Of a stretch of 64,000 bases of DNA, positions 23,301 through 31,650 are shown one piece after another. The position numbers were made by a program, and so were the translations under genes. The DNA comes from Trypanosoma brucei (taxonomy: Eukaryota), in the NCBI GenBank assembly GCA_000002445.1, contig CP000067.1:224001-288000 (forward strand). The letters are read 5' to 3'. Below the pieces are notes generated by a model. That model made no database searches and was not told where the DNA came from. It saw nothing but the letters and a program-made list of their open reading frames with translations. The stretch's first letter is position 1. The number at the start of each line of letters is the position of its first letter.

Positions 23301-26300
23301 CATCCAAGCGCCCACCGACGTTGCAGCACACGTCCACGTTAGGGGCTGCTGCCGTTTCATTCATAATGCGAACAAACCTCTTATCTAGTTCATTGAACTT
23401 CGCTGACTCCTTCGGTAGTTGTTGGGCTATGTCGTCACTACCCCTAAAGATAGACTCCAAATACTGCCACTTCATTTGCACTACAATCCAGACGGCCATC
23501 ACATCGTTAATCGTGGCCAGTTTCTTTTCCCATAACTTCACCTCATCCATGAACGGTTGCGCCCACTTCACGTTGGCGATGGACTGCATCTTGAGAATGT
23601 TATCATCAACTGCCTCTTGTATCTCGCTCGTGTCGCTGAGGACATGGCACCGCACTTCCCCTTTGCGCGGCTCGTAGGGAACAGATACGAACTCCGCTTT
23701 GAACCAAAACTCCTTCACAGATGTAATATCCTTTTCAACAGCTTGCTCTCTCGCGGCAGATAACACAATACCATCAATTTCATCAGAAAATCGGTACAAC
23801 TCCATTGCAATGAAATCATCCAGAGTAATCTGCTCGACAGCAAACTGCTTCGATGTAACGCGCATTAACTCAACCCAGTGTCGCTGCTTCAGTGCGGGGC
23901 TTTTAAGCTTTGCCAAGAGGGGTAGCGAAGAGTAAAAATTTGCAATAACCTGCTGTACATCCGCAAACGGCTCCACATCACCATGCGTTCTTCCCAAAAC
24001 ACGAGCTTGCTTCACCTTTTCTTCCGTCGTGCTCTGCAAGTCTTCTAGAAGAAGATCCTTCCAACTGCTTCGATTCCAACGCTTCAGAACCGCAACCCAT
24101 TGAACGTACAAGTCATACACAGTTTCAACCTTAGTCAACTCTTCATTGAGCTGTTGCAAATGAGTATGACCTGTGAGAGGTAAATCAAATAACTTTTCTG
24201 CCTTCGTCAGCTGTTCTCTCCTAGCTTGGAGCTGCACAAGATGCTCACGCCACTCCTTCCTGAGGCGGTTACCCTCTTGCAGGTCGATACCAGCACGACC
24301 TGGACCCTTCTTACGGAACTCCTTAAGCACAGCCTTACCTTTTACAAGAAAATTCTCCACCTCGTTGCGCGTGTGCTCTCTAAACTGCATTTTCTTTGGC
24401 TCTAACGCCTTCTCTGTTTCGTGCACTCTCGCCAACGTACACTCCCACAAGTCGTGAAGGTCCATTGCTTGCTTTAACTCACGGGGATCCACAGAAACAC
24501 CGAAGTGCATGATGGACTCGTATATGTACTTGATGTCAATAATGTCCTGTTCTACATCCAAAGAGAAGGCGCGCGCATCGTGCATGACCTCCAAAACAAA
24601 TTTCAAATCCTCAATCTTCTCGCACTGCCTTTCCAAATCCTGGTTGACGCGGATAATGCTGGAGTACCGCTTTTGCATGCGAGCACGAACAGTTTCATTC
24701 AACTGCGCACCTTCCATAGCAATCCACTGATGCACATGCTCTACCAAATCGGAATAGAAGGTACTTTCGTCGCAGCGCATAAAACCAAAGTCGTGAATGT
24801 GCTTCTCAGCATCGAAATCAGCAATCATGTTGAAGTACAGCTGGAACTTCGCATCGTAGTCAATCCAGTGGAACTGGTTCTTTGCCTGCTGTTCCACAGA
24901 AAGTTTCTTGTCGGAAAGATAAACAAATCGATACCTTTGCAACAGTTTGATGTTTGTTGCGAGTGCGGAGAGATGGGTTTGAATTGTTCGGTTGATGATG
25001 GCCTGCAGCCGGTACACCTGAGACAAGTTGTTAATGTCCTGGTAGTATGTGAAGAGTGTTTCGTGCTCTCCCTCAGGGGGCCGCGGTACCAGCTCTCCCT
25101 GTGTAAACTCAATACATGTACCCCGCATCCATCGCCGGAACCGTTGAGTGGATGCAATTATTCCCGCCTGCACCTTGTGAAATGCACTCGTGATTTCCTG
25201 CTGGGGTGGAGAGTAGGTCGGTTCTGTCGTCAAGAATATCATTACCTTAAACAATGGTGGTCGCTTTGCTGATGAAGAACTCACACGGTAACCGAGCATC
25301 TTGGCAAAGGCCACAAGCGAACTAAGCACCATCTTCGTCACGGCCTTCCATATGCGGTGTTCCCAGTGATGGTAGTAACTCTCCAGTAGGAGGCATTTCC
25401 CCGTGTGGGTGCCGACGAGTTGACTCTCCACCTTTGTCAACAGTGGCTTCGCTGTGCTATACGCACGGAGACATCCATCAACTAGGTCTGCACGGCGCCG
25501 CTCTATTGTCTCAACAAGGACCTGCAGTTCCGGCAATTCGCCCCCTGCCTGCAGCAACCGTTCGTACTCGGGCATGAGTCTTGTTGAGCCGATTTTATTT
25601 ACAACCTGTGTCTGGATATGATCGGCTCGCTTGCGCACCTCGCGACTTAGGTTCCGAAATTTGGTGATTGCACGTTCACAATTCAACACGAAGTCAGGAA
25701 TACCCAAACTGGTCCAGTTGATGTCGTGTAGCCCGGGCTCCAGCGCCTGTCGAAGCTCACGGATGTTCCTCGCCAAAATAACACGCTCTGGGCCCTCAAG
25801 TGCATTCTGCAACTCATAGTTGAAGTTCAGTAGCATTGCCTTCAAGGCATCCACATTTGCATGGTACGATTCATCCTGCAGAGTCACATTGAGCGCCTCT
25901 TGTGGTACCTCAAAACCCAGTCGATCCAAATACTTCGCCTCCCTTATCAGGTTGAACAACTCAATATCAAAATTTGTCACATACGTGTTATCACTCTCCT
26001 TCACGATGATATTCATCTTGAGAGAAGCCGTTGTGCCCTGTCGTACACGCTCACCCCACTGCATGAAACGAGAGGTGGCATAATCTTTCATCTGCTGAGC
26101 CACTTCAGCGTACTTTGCTCTCACCTGCTTCCCCATGTGGGTGTTAAGCATCCCCTCCTGTTGGAAGCGGATAATAGGTTTCTTGAGGCGTTGGAACAGT
26201 GAAGTACTCCAGTGAATGGCACCTGCAACGGGAGGTTGATTCTTCGTCAGCGGTGGATTATCTTTCAGTTGCACAAATATATTCCGAACACGATTTACTT

Positions 26301-28137
26301 CGTTGAAAAACTGGGCGAGAATACGGTCAGCCTTCTCCAGAAGGAGCGAAGCAGTGTCAAATGCCTCCCCCACGCGCTGCGGCCGCGAACCAATGCATTT
26401 AAACGAGAGCAGCAGCTCAAAGGCGGACTCGGCGCTGCGCAAATCGTCGTCGAATATCTTGTTTATAAAGTCAGATACCTCACGATCAAGATTGGCCACC
26501 ATATTGACGAAGTTAGAGAACACTAGTTGCCAGTTATGTGTTGCCTTCCTTTCGAAGGGGTCAAAAGTAAGAGACTCGAAAGGTCGCTTGACTCTTTCCA
26601 CATCCTTCAGGATACGCTCGATTCCACTCGTGTCCGTCAGTACTGTTTTTAACTGGGCGCCAAGAACCATTGTGTAGTATTCCACAGTCTCTATTACCTC
26701 TAGTAAGTCTGTGCACCGATCGGACATGTAATCTGTGGTTTCAAACAAACGTTTTTGGTTGAAGTTCCACGGCTGCTCGCGCTCACTGGAGTTAATTTCC
26801 TCCTGGGTGCCAAGGTATGCCGCCTTCCACTTCAGAAGGCATTGCTGTCCCTCGGTAACTACGGCCTTGGCCTCTGCGAATGGTAGACTCAGTATTCTGT
26901 GAAAGTCAATGTGCTGCGAGACCTTCTGGGATATTAATTTCGCAACCTTCTCTAGAAGTCCAACCATGCGCTCCTCCGTGCAGTAGTAACGAGAAATAAT
27001 CCACACCATCCGCACGCCAGTCATCATAGATGAAAGCGTGTCAATAATGGGTTGTAACGAGCCAGTCACAGGCGTCACACCGTGTAGCGTTCGAAAGTGG
27101 CGATCTAGGGTACCAAGGAACTTCACGTTATCTTTAGCCTCCGCGTAGTAGCGGAAAAACTGTTGAATCGTCGAAGATATAAGGTGGTAAGAGTTACACT
27201 CAGCCTCCTTGGCTACTTTCATAATTAATTTCGCTTCTGGGGAGTTGATCTGCTCATAAAGAGCACTGATAGTGCTGTACTTCTCACGCCAATATTCAAT
27301 CTCTCCCAATGGCCCCTCCTTCTGTGGATCAAGGGACATAGCCAAGCTGATTTCTGCTTGCCACTGCCCGACCGTAATATCCACCTGTCGAATGATATCT
27401 TCGTTTGCAAGAACAGAACTGATGCCTGCATCAGAGTTATCCATTGACAACAACATCTGTGGAATCATGAGGCGGCGCTCAGCACAAACCTGGCTTCGGA
27501 ACCCCGTCATTTGCATTTCAATTCGTTGCACCCAATTTAGCACTTCTGTATACAGATACTTGTTTACAGCCTTCTTTGTGGCGATGAACCTAGTTTTTCC
27601 CGATTCAGCTTCCACATCCTCCACGAGGGGTTTGTAGACGTGTTTCAGTAGTTTCAAGAATGTAACCAACGACGGTACGATCATGCCTGAGACTTCAAAT
27701 GCCTTATGGATAGGACACTGTGGATCTGTTTTCCAGTCCTTTACCACCTCCCGTGGCAATTTTACATACTCCATACGAACAAAAAATACACATCTAGTGC
27801 GGTCTTGCGGAAAATTGGCAGAGTCGGTGATGTTCGTGTTTACAACTGCGTCAGTTGTAACTGCAAGCTTTACTCGGTTGCCACCGGTACCCTCTTGTCG
27901 CCCCATAGTAAGCGTCTCCTGCCGATTTTCCGTTGGTAAGGCCTCGGTAGCTGTGACAGCAATGAATGACTCACGTTCGGTGTCGAACACAGTGAGGATT
28001 TGTTGTAATGCTACCTCGTCATTGAATAAAGTTTGGATAGCAGCGTCACTTACGCCCCAGAGGCAGCCCTTCACGCGCGAAGCGAACCACTCCAGGCGGG
28101 GGTCGTCCCCGTAATCCATCTCTTCATTCCCGTTCAT
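14338..28137 (-). CDS. Dynein heavy chain, about 4600 aa. The AAA1 signature is cytoplasmic-dynein-like; the subtype is not resolved.
   Basis: Single 13.8-kb ORF. AAA1 P-loop GPAGTGKTESVKDL with FNCGEGLDYKAMG and WGCFDEFNRI. Further P-loops: GPTGGGKST (AAA2), GKSGTAKT (AAA3), GVGGSGKQS (AAA4). Coiled-coil stalk and MTBD region. Start trimmed to MNGNEEMDYGDD (ATG at 28135-28137); the longest ORF extends to 28425 through the upstream polypyrimidine tract, which would leave only 21 nt to the upstream gene's stop. Confidence 0.9.
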   Translation of the reverse strand: MNGNEEMDYGDDPRLEWFASRVKGCLWGVSDAAIQTLFNDEVALQQILTVFDTERESFIAVTATEALPTENRQETLTMGRQEGTGGNRVKLAVTTDAVVNTNITDSANFPQDRTRCVFFVRMEYVKLPREVVKDWKTDPQCPIHKAFEVSGMIVPSLVTFLKLLKHVYKPLVEDVEAESGKTRFIATKKAVNKYLYTEVLNWVQRIEMQMTGFRSQVCAERRLMIPQMLLSMDNSDAGISSVLANEDIIRQVDITVGQWQAEISLAMSLDPQKEGPLGEIEYWREKYSTISALYEQINSPEAKLIMKVAKEAECNSYHLISSTIQQFFRYYAEAKDNVKFLGTLDRHFRTLHGVTPVTGSLQPIIDTLSSMMTGVRMVWIISRYYCTEERMVGLLEKVAKLISQKVSQHIDFHRILSLPFAEAKAVVTEGQQCLLKWKAAYLGTQEEINSSEREQPWNFNQKRLFETTDYMSDRCTDLLEVIETVEYYTMVLGAQLKTVLTDTSGIERILKDVERVKRPFESLTFDPFERKATHNWQLVFSNFVNMVANLDREVSDFINKIFDDDLRSAESAFELLLSFKCIGSRPQRVGEAFDTASLLLEKADRILAQFFNEVNRVRNIFVQLKDNPPLTKNQPPVAGAIHWSTSLFQRLKKPIIRFQQEGMLNTHMGKQVRAKYAEVAQQMKDYATSRFMQWGERVRQGTTASLKMNIIVKESDNTYVTNFDIELFNLIREAKYLDRLGFEVPQEALNVTLQDESYHANVDALKAMLLNFNYELQNALEGPERVILARNIRELRQALEPGLHDINWTSLGIPDFVLNCERAITKFRNLSREVRKRADHIQTQVVNKIGSTRLMPEYERLLQAGGELPELQVLVETIERRRADLVDGCLRAYSTAKPLLTKVESQLVGTHTGKCLLLESYYHHWEHRIWKAVTKMVLSSLVAFAKMLGYRVSSSSAKRPPLFKVMIFLTTEPTYSPPQQEITSAFHKVQAGIIASTQRFRRWMRGTCIEFTQGELVPRPPEGEHETLFTYYQDINNLSQVYRLQAIINRTIQTHLSALATNIKLLQRYRFVYLSDKKLSVEQQAKNQFHWIDYDAKFQLYFNMIADFDAEKHIHDFGFMRCDESTFYSDLVEHVHQWIAMEGAQLNETVRARMQKRYSSIIRVNQDLERQCEKIEDLKFVLEVMHDARAFSLDVEQDIIDIKYIYESIMHFGVSVDPRELKQAMDLHDLWECTLARVHETEKALEPKKMQFREHTRNEVENFLVKGKAVLKEFRKKGPGRAGIDLQEGNRLRKEWREHLVQLQARREQLTKAEKLFDLPLTGHTHLQQLNEELTKVETVYDLYVQWVAVLKRWNRSSWKDLLLEDLQSTTEEKVKQARVLGRTHGDVEPFADVQQVIANFYSSLPLLAKLKSPALKQRHWVELMRVTSKQFAVEQITLDDFIAMELYRFSDEIDGIVLSAAREQAVEKDITSVKEFWFKAEFVSVPYEPRKGEVRCHVLSDTSEIQEAVDDNILKMQSIANVKWAQPFMDEVKLWEKKLATINDVMAVWIVVQMKWQYLESIFRGSDDIAQQLPKESAKFNELDKRFVRIMNETAAAPNVDVCCNVGGRLDEFRYLEEKLEECQKDLSNFLETKRRMFPRFYFISDDELLSILAANRARAVQDHMLKMFDNSARIIFKNEDDDTVCGVESQEGERLNFDRQVRTEDTPVEEWLQAVLDETHASLHDLLKGGVYYYPRMPRLDWVKKNHGMVTLTGAKIWWTFEVEDSFNAVKKGKKNAVKDLSGKLTRQLIDLVGEMDKDIDKQYAKKINTLIIVDVHGRDIVDRFVRDSITDVREFDWESQLRFYWERDGDTCAIRQCTGHFKYGYEYMGLNGRLVITPLTDRCFMTLTQALSFYLGGAPGGPAGTGKTESVKDLAKAMSIHCVVFNCGEGLDYKAMGTIFSGLSQSGSWGCFDEFNRIELPVLSVVSEQLRSIQSALKTREKEFLFGDTMIRLVPTVGVFITMNPGYAGRVELPDNLKALFRPVVMVVPDMELIAENMLFSEGFATARELAKKMVTLYQLARGQLSKQHHYDWGLRALKAVLAMAGQLKRGAPDLSEEAVLMRALRDMNTPKFVAEDEPLFKGLIGDLFPGLDPTRAPQENLSRAATKVFKDKGFYIDAKQVDKVVQLYETMQTRHTSMVVGPTGGGKSTVIDCLCKSQTQLGLPTKLFVVNPKAQPTTVLYGVMDPMTRSWADGIFSNIFRAINRPVEGGERERRYVVFDGDVDAKWVEDMNSVMDDNKLLTLPNGERIRLLPTSSLLFEVGDLQYASPATVSRVGMVFLDPINLGWKPFMHSWKLNRPRDELETLNELIDKYIEPLINFVLEGIDGEEISDPPKAVIPTSDLNMVRQLTTLIDTVSSQKTSLEPKALQCVFIFCSVWSFGALITTEEDRLRFDKFLKKITGWNMQDVGDKFLTRFVGSGSLPERKTMYDYFFDLEDNRWKPWHVLVCPFERPPGAKFGSLLVGTPDTERNMWLLNKIVLNRTPVMLVGKSGTAKTVTIQTYLRQLKQKSLEMDTDGDVHLEEMILEMNFSSRTTSLDAQRAMEDNIEKRTNTVLGPPAKKRLVVFIDDINMPKVDLYGTQQPIAFLKLLIEHQSWYDRKDLLFKNVRDTQFVSAMAPPGGGRNALDPRFVSLFTVFNVLFPSDESINTIYGQILTDAYKSMSKEVADMSIPLTTMTLNLYQRLFVSLPATPAKFHYIFNLRDFSRVYEGLCRATPEKFPTRQSVVRLWRNEIYRVFVDRMSDEDDKGFVSRAVEEEIRRHFPDVAESAIADPLMFGDFGDFVVDSEDPRKHIYEDFGAEYSKARQLVEAMLDEVNTPTKKMDLVMFDMALDHLLRITRVISLPRGNCLLVGVGGSGKQSLTRLAAAICQMEVFEVVLSRNYNEDCFREDLKRLYTRVGVQQKQVVFLFMDSHVKEEGFLELINNMLASGMVPALFTEEEKEPLYNSVLRELEANKLAPSKDNKWTAFVSRCRDNLHVVLSMSPSGEVLRTRCRSFPALINNTTIDWFQKWPPQALEAVGTRILQSEDLPEEVKASIVNHVVYVHVTADDLSARYQMELKRYNYVTPKNFLGFLANYSKLLTTRREDIDDLVKKFAIGLERLDHAQEDVKVLQEELAEKEVTLREKQDINERMTSEIKDQKTRNEKRKAEALVMEEELNVQNEEIERESAQAQEVLALAMPALEEATEAVKHINPKSITELKSFAKPPASVVAVVRMVCVVKGVPATWESGRTMMGQNDFIRSLVDIDSLAGTLNQGKINEINRILKEFPVNSNDLKKVSLAASGLMIWVEAMKAYWNTAKEVLPKQARVRELQDAKAKAERQLAACQDEIQDLTAGLRMLEERLEAGMSEARRLQQEKALMERRLNAARKLLDGFGSERVRWAEQKETLGDVRNRLVGDCLAGAAFLSYLGAFTFSYRQEALESVWLKDIRERNIPLSEGFTIQHLLTDEVSISQWASDGLPSDDLSVQNGILTTMSTQPPGRGKKAGRVRFPLCIDPQMQAVNWIKRQHKSNPRFECASFSDADFLKRLEFAIQYGNPFLFEGVDEFIDPIIDSVLDPQFRHDSGQLVIRLGDKDVVWDSNFKLYLCTKLPNPEYPAEVFGKTMVINYGVTEDGLESQLLNFVVASERSDLQRQSEDLVQTMAESRAQLKELEDTLIRELTLATGNILDNDELIATLENTKSSATEVQQKLEQAKETARVTELSRQEYRPAARRGAVLYFVISELSVINSMYEYSLSAFLHDVFGYSITKSDASFEIKDRLRNIIRALTYNLYCYVCMGIFEKDKLMLSFQMAIRLLTQENQMVHSELEFFLRGCVLASKDYPPHTVEWMSERQWNDLCKLAHTCEVFENVCDDVVNNSEEWRVWATADRPEDPSNPLPSGYSERITEFQLLCLLRCFRHDRIYTAVSNFVSNCELLGEEYVIPPILSYKDVLDKSSSTSPIVCIVSPGANPTDEIIKLATKEVGIQKLRPISLGQGQGEEAMKLVEVGVGRGHWVLLQNCHLLTTWMKELEKVIERMNQTPPQEEFRLWLTTEPSRDFPMGILQRSLKVVNEPPNGLKMNMKNTLSKVTEDQLEECPHSAFRPLVFALAFFHAVVQERRKYGKIGWNVVYDFNETDFSVSMRLLDTYLAKAHQNDDPIPWDTLRYLVGEVMYGGRVTDSMDRRIVKTYLEEYFGDFLFDTFQSFHFFKNDVVDYCLPADSNDVNKRVLLQQMMAHVEAFPKDNTPEVFGLHPNAETGYLRNAVDGMWASLIEMMPRSVRAATGGGESREEVLLKLTEEILAQIPEPLDRKSIMRSEKEKAAESGHENLQPTQVVLLQEIERWNRLVVVIVLSLKELQKALSGIIGMSSELDELATSLHNGHLPSSWRRYAPATRKKLVRWLAHFQKRCKQYVDWATHGEPKCMWLTGLMVPESYISALVQVTCRRYKWPLDRSSVVMSVTRYLSPNDVKERPKDGAYVCGLFIEGARWDTERHCLAPQVKKVLTAEMPVMQIIPMEVSKIKAVSVLKTPVYVTSERRNAAGVGLVLEADLKTDTHASLWTLESVALILDSDE

Positions 28138-28446
28138 ATGAATAATATAACTTCTGAAGTATGAGAGGAAAACCAAAAAAAAAAGCAACAAAACCAACGC
28201 GATTGTTTCACGTGGCAGCGGAGGTCGGCGGAGCAAACGTGTGCGCACTGAGAAGCAGTGAGGAAGAAATAAAGTAGTACAGACACACACTAAACAAAAA
28301 GCGAAAGGGAAATAAACAAAGCCATTATGGGGGCGTGAACAAAGGGAATCATAATCTACACATCTCAACGGTTCCATCTCCTCTTTTTTGCGCCACACCG
28401 CTGTAGTTAATGACCCATGCTCCACCAGGACTAATGTATTGTTCCA
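28138..28446 (-). promoter_or_regulatory. Predicted trans-splice-acceptor/polypyrimidine region upstream of the dynein gene, combined with the polyadenylation region of the upstream J-domain gene.
   Basis: The minus strand carries a T10 run (plus-strand A10 at 28175-28184) inside a pyrimidine-rich stretch 40-60 nt upstream of the trimmed dynein ATG. Confidence 0.4.
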
Positions 28447-30378
28447 TCATGTAGCCGCTGAAAAAGTCATTCCAAGGGAAACATCGTAGAGTAGCTTTTC
28501 CTCGGGATTAGAAAGAACTTCATGTGCCCTGCTAACACGCTTAAATTTTTCCAGTGCAGCCTCTTGCATACCTGGTGACTCGCCAATAACCCGATCCGGG
28601 TGATACTTCAGGGTGAGTTTTTTATACTGAGACCGGACATCATCAATGGTAGCTCCAAAGGGAAGCTCTAAGGCGTCATACAAGGTCATCGAATTCATCG
28701 TCCGAACTACTGGCGTCGAGTTTTCCTTCTCTGTCTTCTCAAAAGGATCGGTTGCGAAATCATCCTTTCTCAAAAAGGCATCATACCACCGGGGTATGCA
28801 CCTTTTTTGCCCATTTCGTGGCTGTGAGGAGCCATTTGCTTCCATCTTAGGAAGCGACTGCTCCTCATCACCACGCAAGATGTGGCTCAACTCTGGATCA
28901 AACTTTACGGCAGTCAGTCTATCCAGAGCAGCTTCGGCTCGGCAACCCAACTGGTAGTGCGCCTCTGCACGGCATGCGTAGGCCTTCGCACAACTGGGGT
29001 CCATATCAATGGCGGAGGTGCAGTCATCAACAGCATTGTTATACCTGCCACAATGGCTATGCACCTCTGCACGCATGCAATACAAGTGTGCGCACATCAA
29101 ACGGTTGGATTTGTCCAACCCTAAACCCTCATTAATGTGAGGAATGGCGTCTACGTACCTTTTCTTACCGAATAAATCCGCCACCCGAACAAGAACCTCC
29201 TCGAGTGATACGAGATAATACCCGAGCACAAGGGCTGGGCCGAAACCAGGGCTGAGTGTCAGGCACGTTTGCACGAGAGCAGCGGCGAACTCTAGATATT
29301 TGCTTCCACAATATACATTTGCTTGTGCCAACACAACCGATGCCTGAACGTAGTGCTCATTTACACTCCGCCAAACTGCTTGTTCTTCCAATGATACGTC
29401 CATACGGAGCGACGTTGGGCGAGGTATGGTCGGCACATATTCCATCAGAAGTGTTCGTGCTGCAGTTGGGGACACGTACAGCAGTGCTCTCGCTTCCAAA
29501 AGTATCAGCGGCGTATCGTCGATAAGGGGCCGCGCGGCATCCGAGGAACATAACGCCTCCTTCCACTTCTTTTCTTCAATACAGGAGCGGAACTTCTGCA
29601 ACACCGGCAGGGCGGTACACTCCGCCGTCCATTTGACATTGTGTGGATCATCCGCTGACGGAGCGAGCTCTTTCAGCCCATAGTCATACCAGCGCCATGC
29701 GTCCCGATATCTCTCACGGACGACTAACGAACGACAGAGGAGACTCAACATATCTTTGTCTGTATCGATGCCCCTGCGAGCGTCTTCAATACATTCGTCA
29801 AAGAGCAACAGGTGCCAGTCGCATATCGCGCGCCGGCAGTGGGCCGTTTTTGAATTTGGATGTTGTCTGATGATACGGCTGAAGCAAACGTGGGCACCAG
29901 CGTAGTCCTTAGAGGCAAGCAGCCGCATCCCACGGCTCTCCAACTCCATGGATGGGAGCACCTTTTCGGCAGAACCCCCTCCCATAGCTCGAAGAATACA
30001 TCTCCACTGGATGTTCTCATTAGCAACTATCAAACGACGACATGACCCTTCCTCATTGGCTGTTTGCCAAAGGGCCGCCGTCAAGTCCTTCAGTGTTCCT
30101 CCAGGAGAGCGAGAAAGTACTGACTTTTGCGTCTCTTGGTTTCCCTTCATGCGATGTTTAAATTCCCACTGCGGGTACTCACTAGGGGCCACTCTACTCA
30201 TTGGTTTATTTCGCTTCTTCTGTGTCCTCACCGGCCGCTGAGGATGCCGGACAGAGTTCATTTCAGGTTTTTTCTGTGGTTTCCCTCCGCTGATATTTGG
30301 GAACAGAGTGCCACTAGATGTTATTGTCTCCGCAAAGCAAGGCAGTTGGATATGGTGACTCATGGCGCCCACGTGCAA
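28447..30378 (-). CDS. TPR-repeat protein with C-terminal DnaJ (J) domain. DNAJC7/DNAJC3-like architecture.
   Basis: 643-aa ORF. C-terminal J domain LYDALELPFGATIDDVRSQYKKLTLKYHPDRV (HPD motif). Upstream TPR-like repeats (AKAYACRAEAHYQLG, YLEFAAALVQ and others). Basic N-terminal tail. Confidence 0.75.
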   Translation of the reverse strand: MHVGAMSHHIQLPCFAETITSSGTLFPNISGGKPQKKPEMNSVRHPQRPVRTQKKRNKPMSRVAPSEYPQWEFKHRMKGNQETQKSVLSRSPGGTLKDLTAALWQTANEEGSCRRLIVANENIQWRCILRAMGGGSAEKVLPSMELESRGMRLLASKDYAGAHVCFSRIIRQHPNSKTAHCRRAICDWHLLLFDECIEDARRGIDTDKDMLSLLCRSLVVRERYRDAWRWYDYGLKELAPSADDPHNVKWTAECTALPVLQKFRSCIEEKKWKEALCSSDAARPLIDDTPLILLEARALLYVSPTAARTLLMEYVPTIPRPTSLRMDVSLEEQAVWRSVNEHYVQASVVLAQANVYCGSKYLEFAAALVQTCLTLSPGFGPALVLGYYLVSLEEVLVRVADLFGKKRYVDAIPHINEGLGLDKSNRLMCAHLYCMRAEVHSHCGRYNNAVDDCTSAIDMDPSCAKAYACRAEAHYQLGCRAEAALDRLTAVKFDPELSHILRGDEEQSLPKMEANGSSQPRNGQKRCIPRWYDAFLRKDDFATDPFEKTEKENSTPVVRTMNSMTLYDALELPFGATIDDVRSQYKKLTLKYHPDRVIGESPGMQEAALEKFKRVSRAHEVLSNPEEKLLYDVSLGMTFSAAT

Positions 30379-31302
30379 GCTCCTCCGATGGCTGAAAGAA
30401 CCGCAGTGCGGGAGGGCCTTTCTATTTCCTGTCAGGGTAAGGAAACAAAGTATTTAGAAAAAAAAAGAATTAGTAAAACAGCAATGAAAACTGATAAATC
30501 CAACATAACCCAAGTGAATTAAGTGAGTTAGCTAAGCCACAAAAAGCGCCTAAGACCATGTAAGGAGAGTAGTGAACGACCTATTTCCACCAGAAGTCGC
30601 GCGCCGCTCACGAGGGGGGGGACCCACCCACTAACGTCCTGTCGGGTGAATGGAGTTTAAAAAAAAAAAAGCGAAGACCAGCGTTGATAAAACGAAAGAT
30701 TTTTTTTTAACGAAAGAAAAAGTGTGAGAACAAAAGATCTCTGTCAAAAAAAAATCCCACTTTAGGCTATAACATCTACGCCGAAACCCGTAGTCCCTCA
30801 TCCAAAGCACAAAAATGGAGAACGGCCCTTAGCGTTCCCGAGTTAGAATTGAAGTTCAGAAATGTGCAAGAGAACCATACACCCTCCGCAACCATTCTCC
30901 GCTTCGACGCTTGACCTGTACTCATTAACAACAAAAGTGACAGCACACAACACCGGGCCCCTTGCCGATGTCACAACCAAAAGTACCGCCGCCATCTTAT
31001 GCTCTTTTTGCCCCTCAGTATGGCAGCTCATTACCATCCGTAAATCGACGTAAACCCACACACACAAATGCACCACCTTTTCTCTGTCGTTTACTCCTTC
31101 ATCTTATTTGTCTCAAGCAGCCAGTTTTTCTCCTCCTCCATTTTCTCAGCCCACAGTCTTTCAACCCCTTGCCGTCCCAACCAGAACCACACAGGTTGCA
31201 ACAACGTGAAGCAAACATCCTCCCGCCCAGACGTGCACGCACACCTTCCAGCAGCGCGCGAATTCCTCAGCGTGTTGTCATTAGAAGAAAAAAAGAGAAT
31301 AT

Positions 31303-31650
31303 TTACTTCTTTGGCTTCTTACGGGAACGGTGCGCACCAAATCCCTTTCCGTCGCCCCTACCGTCCAGATCGCTGGGAAGCAGCTTGCCCATTTTCATCA
31401 ACGGCGGACAGCAGCGCAGCGCGTCGGGAAGTTGGAAAAAAACAATGTTTGTTCCACACACCAACACCTTCGGCATATCCACCTCCCGTCCCGCCATCGT
31501 CGTCTTGCGGGCGGAGGTCAGTAACACGCCCATATTGTCCACCACCTCGCTAAGCGTACCGGTGTAAAGCTCCCCATTTTTTAACTCCAACGACACGGTG
31601 GTGCCGACAGCATCGGACAGCACCTTCAGCGGGAGCCCCTCCGTGTTCAT
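31303..31650 (-). CDS. Sm-fold snRNP core protein, Sm D3-like.
   Basis: 115 aa. Sm1-like segment LKVLSDAVGTTVSLELKNGELYTGTLSEVVDNMGVLL. Sm2-like segment KVLVCGTNIVFFQLPD. Gly/Arg/Lys-rich tail GRGDGKGFGAHRSRKKPKK. Confidence 0.65.
   Translation of the reverse strand: MNTEGLPLKVLSDAVGTTVSLELKNGELYTGTLSEVVDNMGVLLTSARKTTMAGREVDMPKVLVCGTNIVFFQLPDALRCCPPLMKMGKLLPSDLDGRGDGKGFGAHRSRKKPKK

Noticed and set aside
24505-25272. 255-aa plus-strand ORF. The same applies to other plus-strand ORFs within 14338-28137, e.g. 15601-15993 and 16300-16740.
   Set aside because: They are all embedded antisense in the dynein heavy-chain ORF. Long GC-balanced genes routinely produce such shadow ORFs.
30962-31567. 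201-aa plus-strand Pro-rich ORF overlapping the Sm gene.
   Set aside because: Low-complexity Pro/Ser composition. It overlaps a well-supported minus-strand Sm gene, and no other evidence in the window supports a plus-strand gene.
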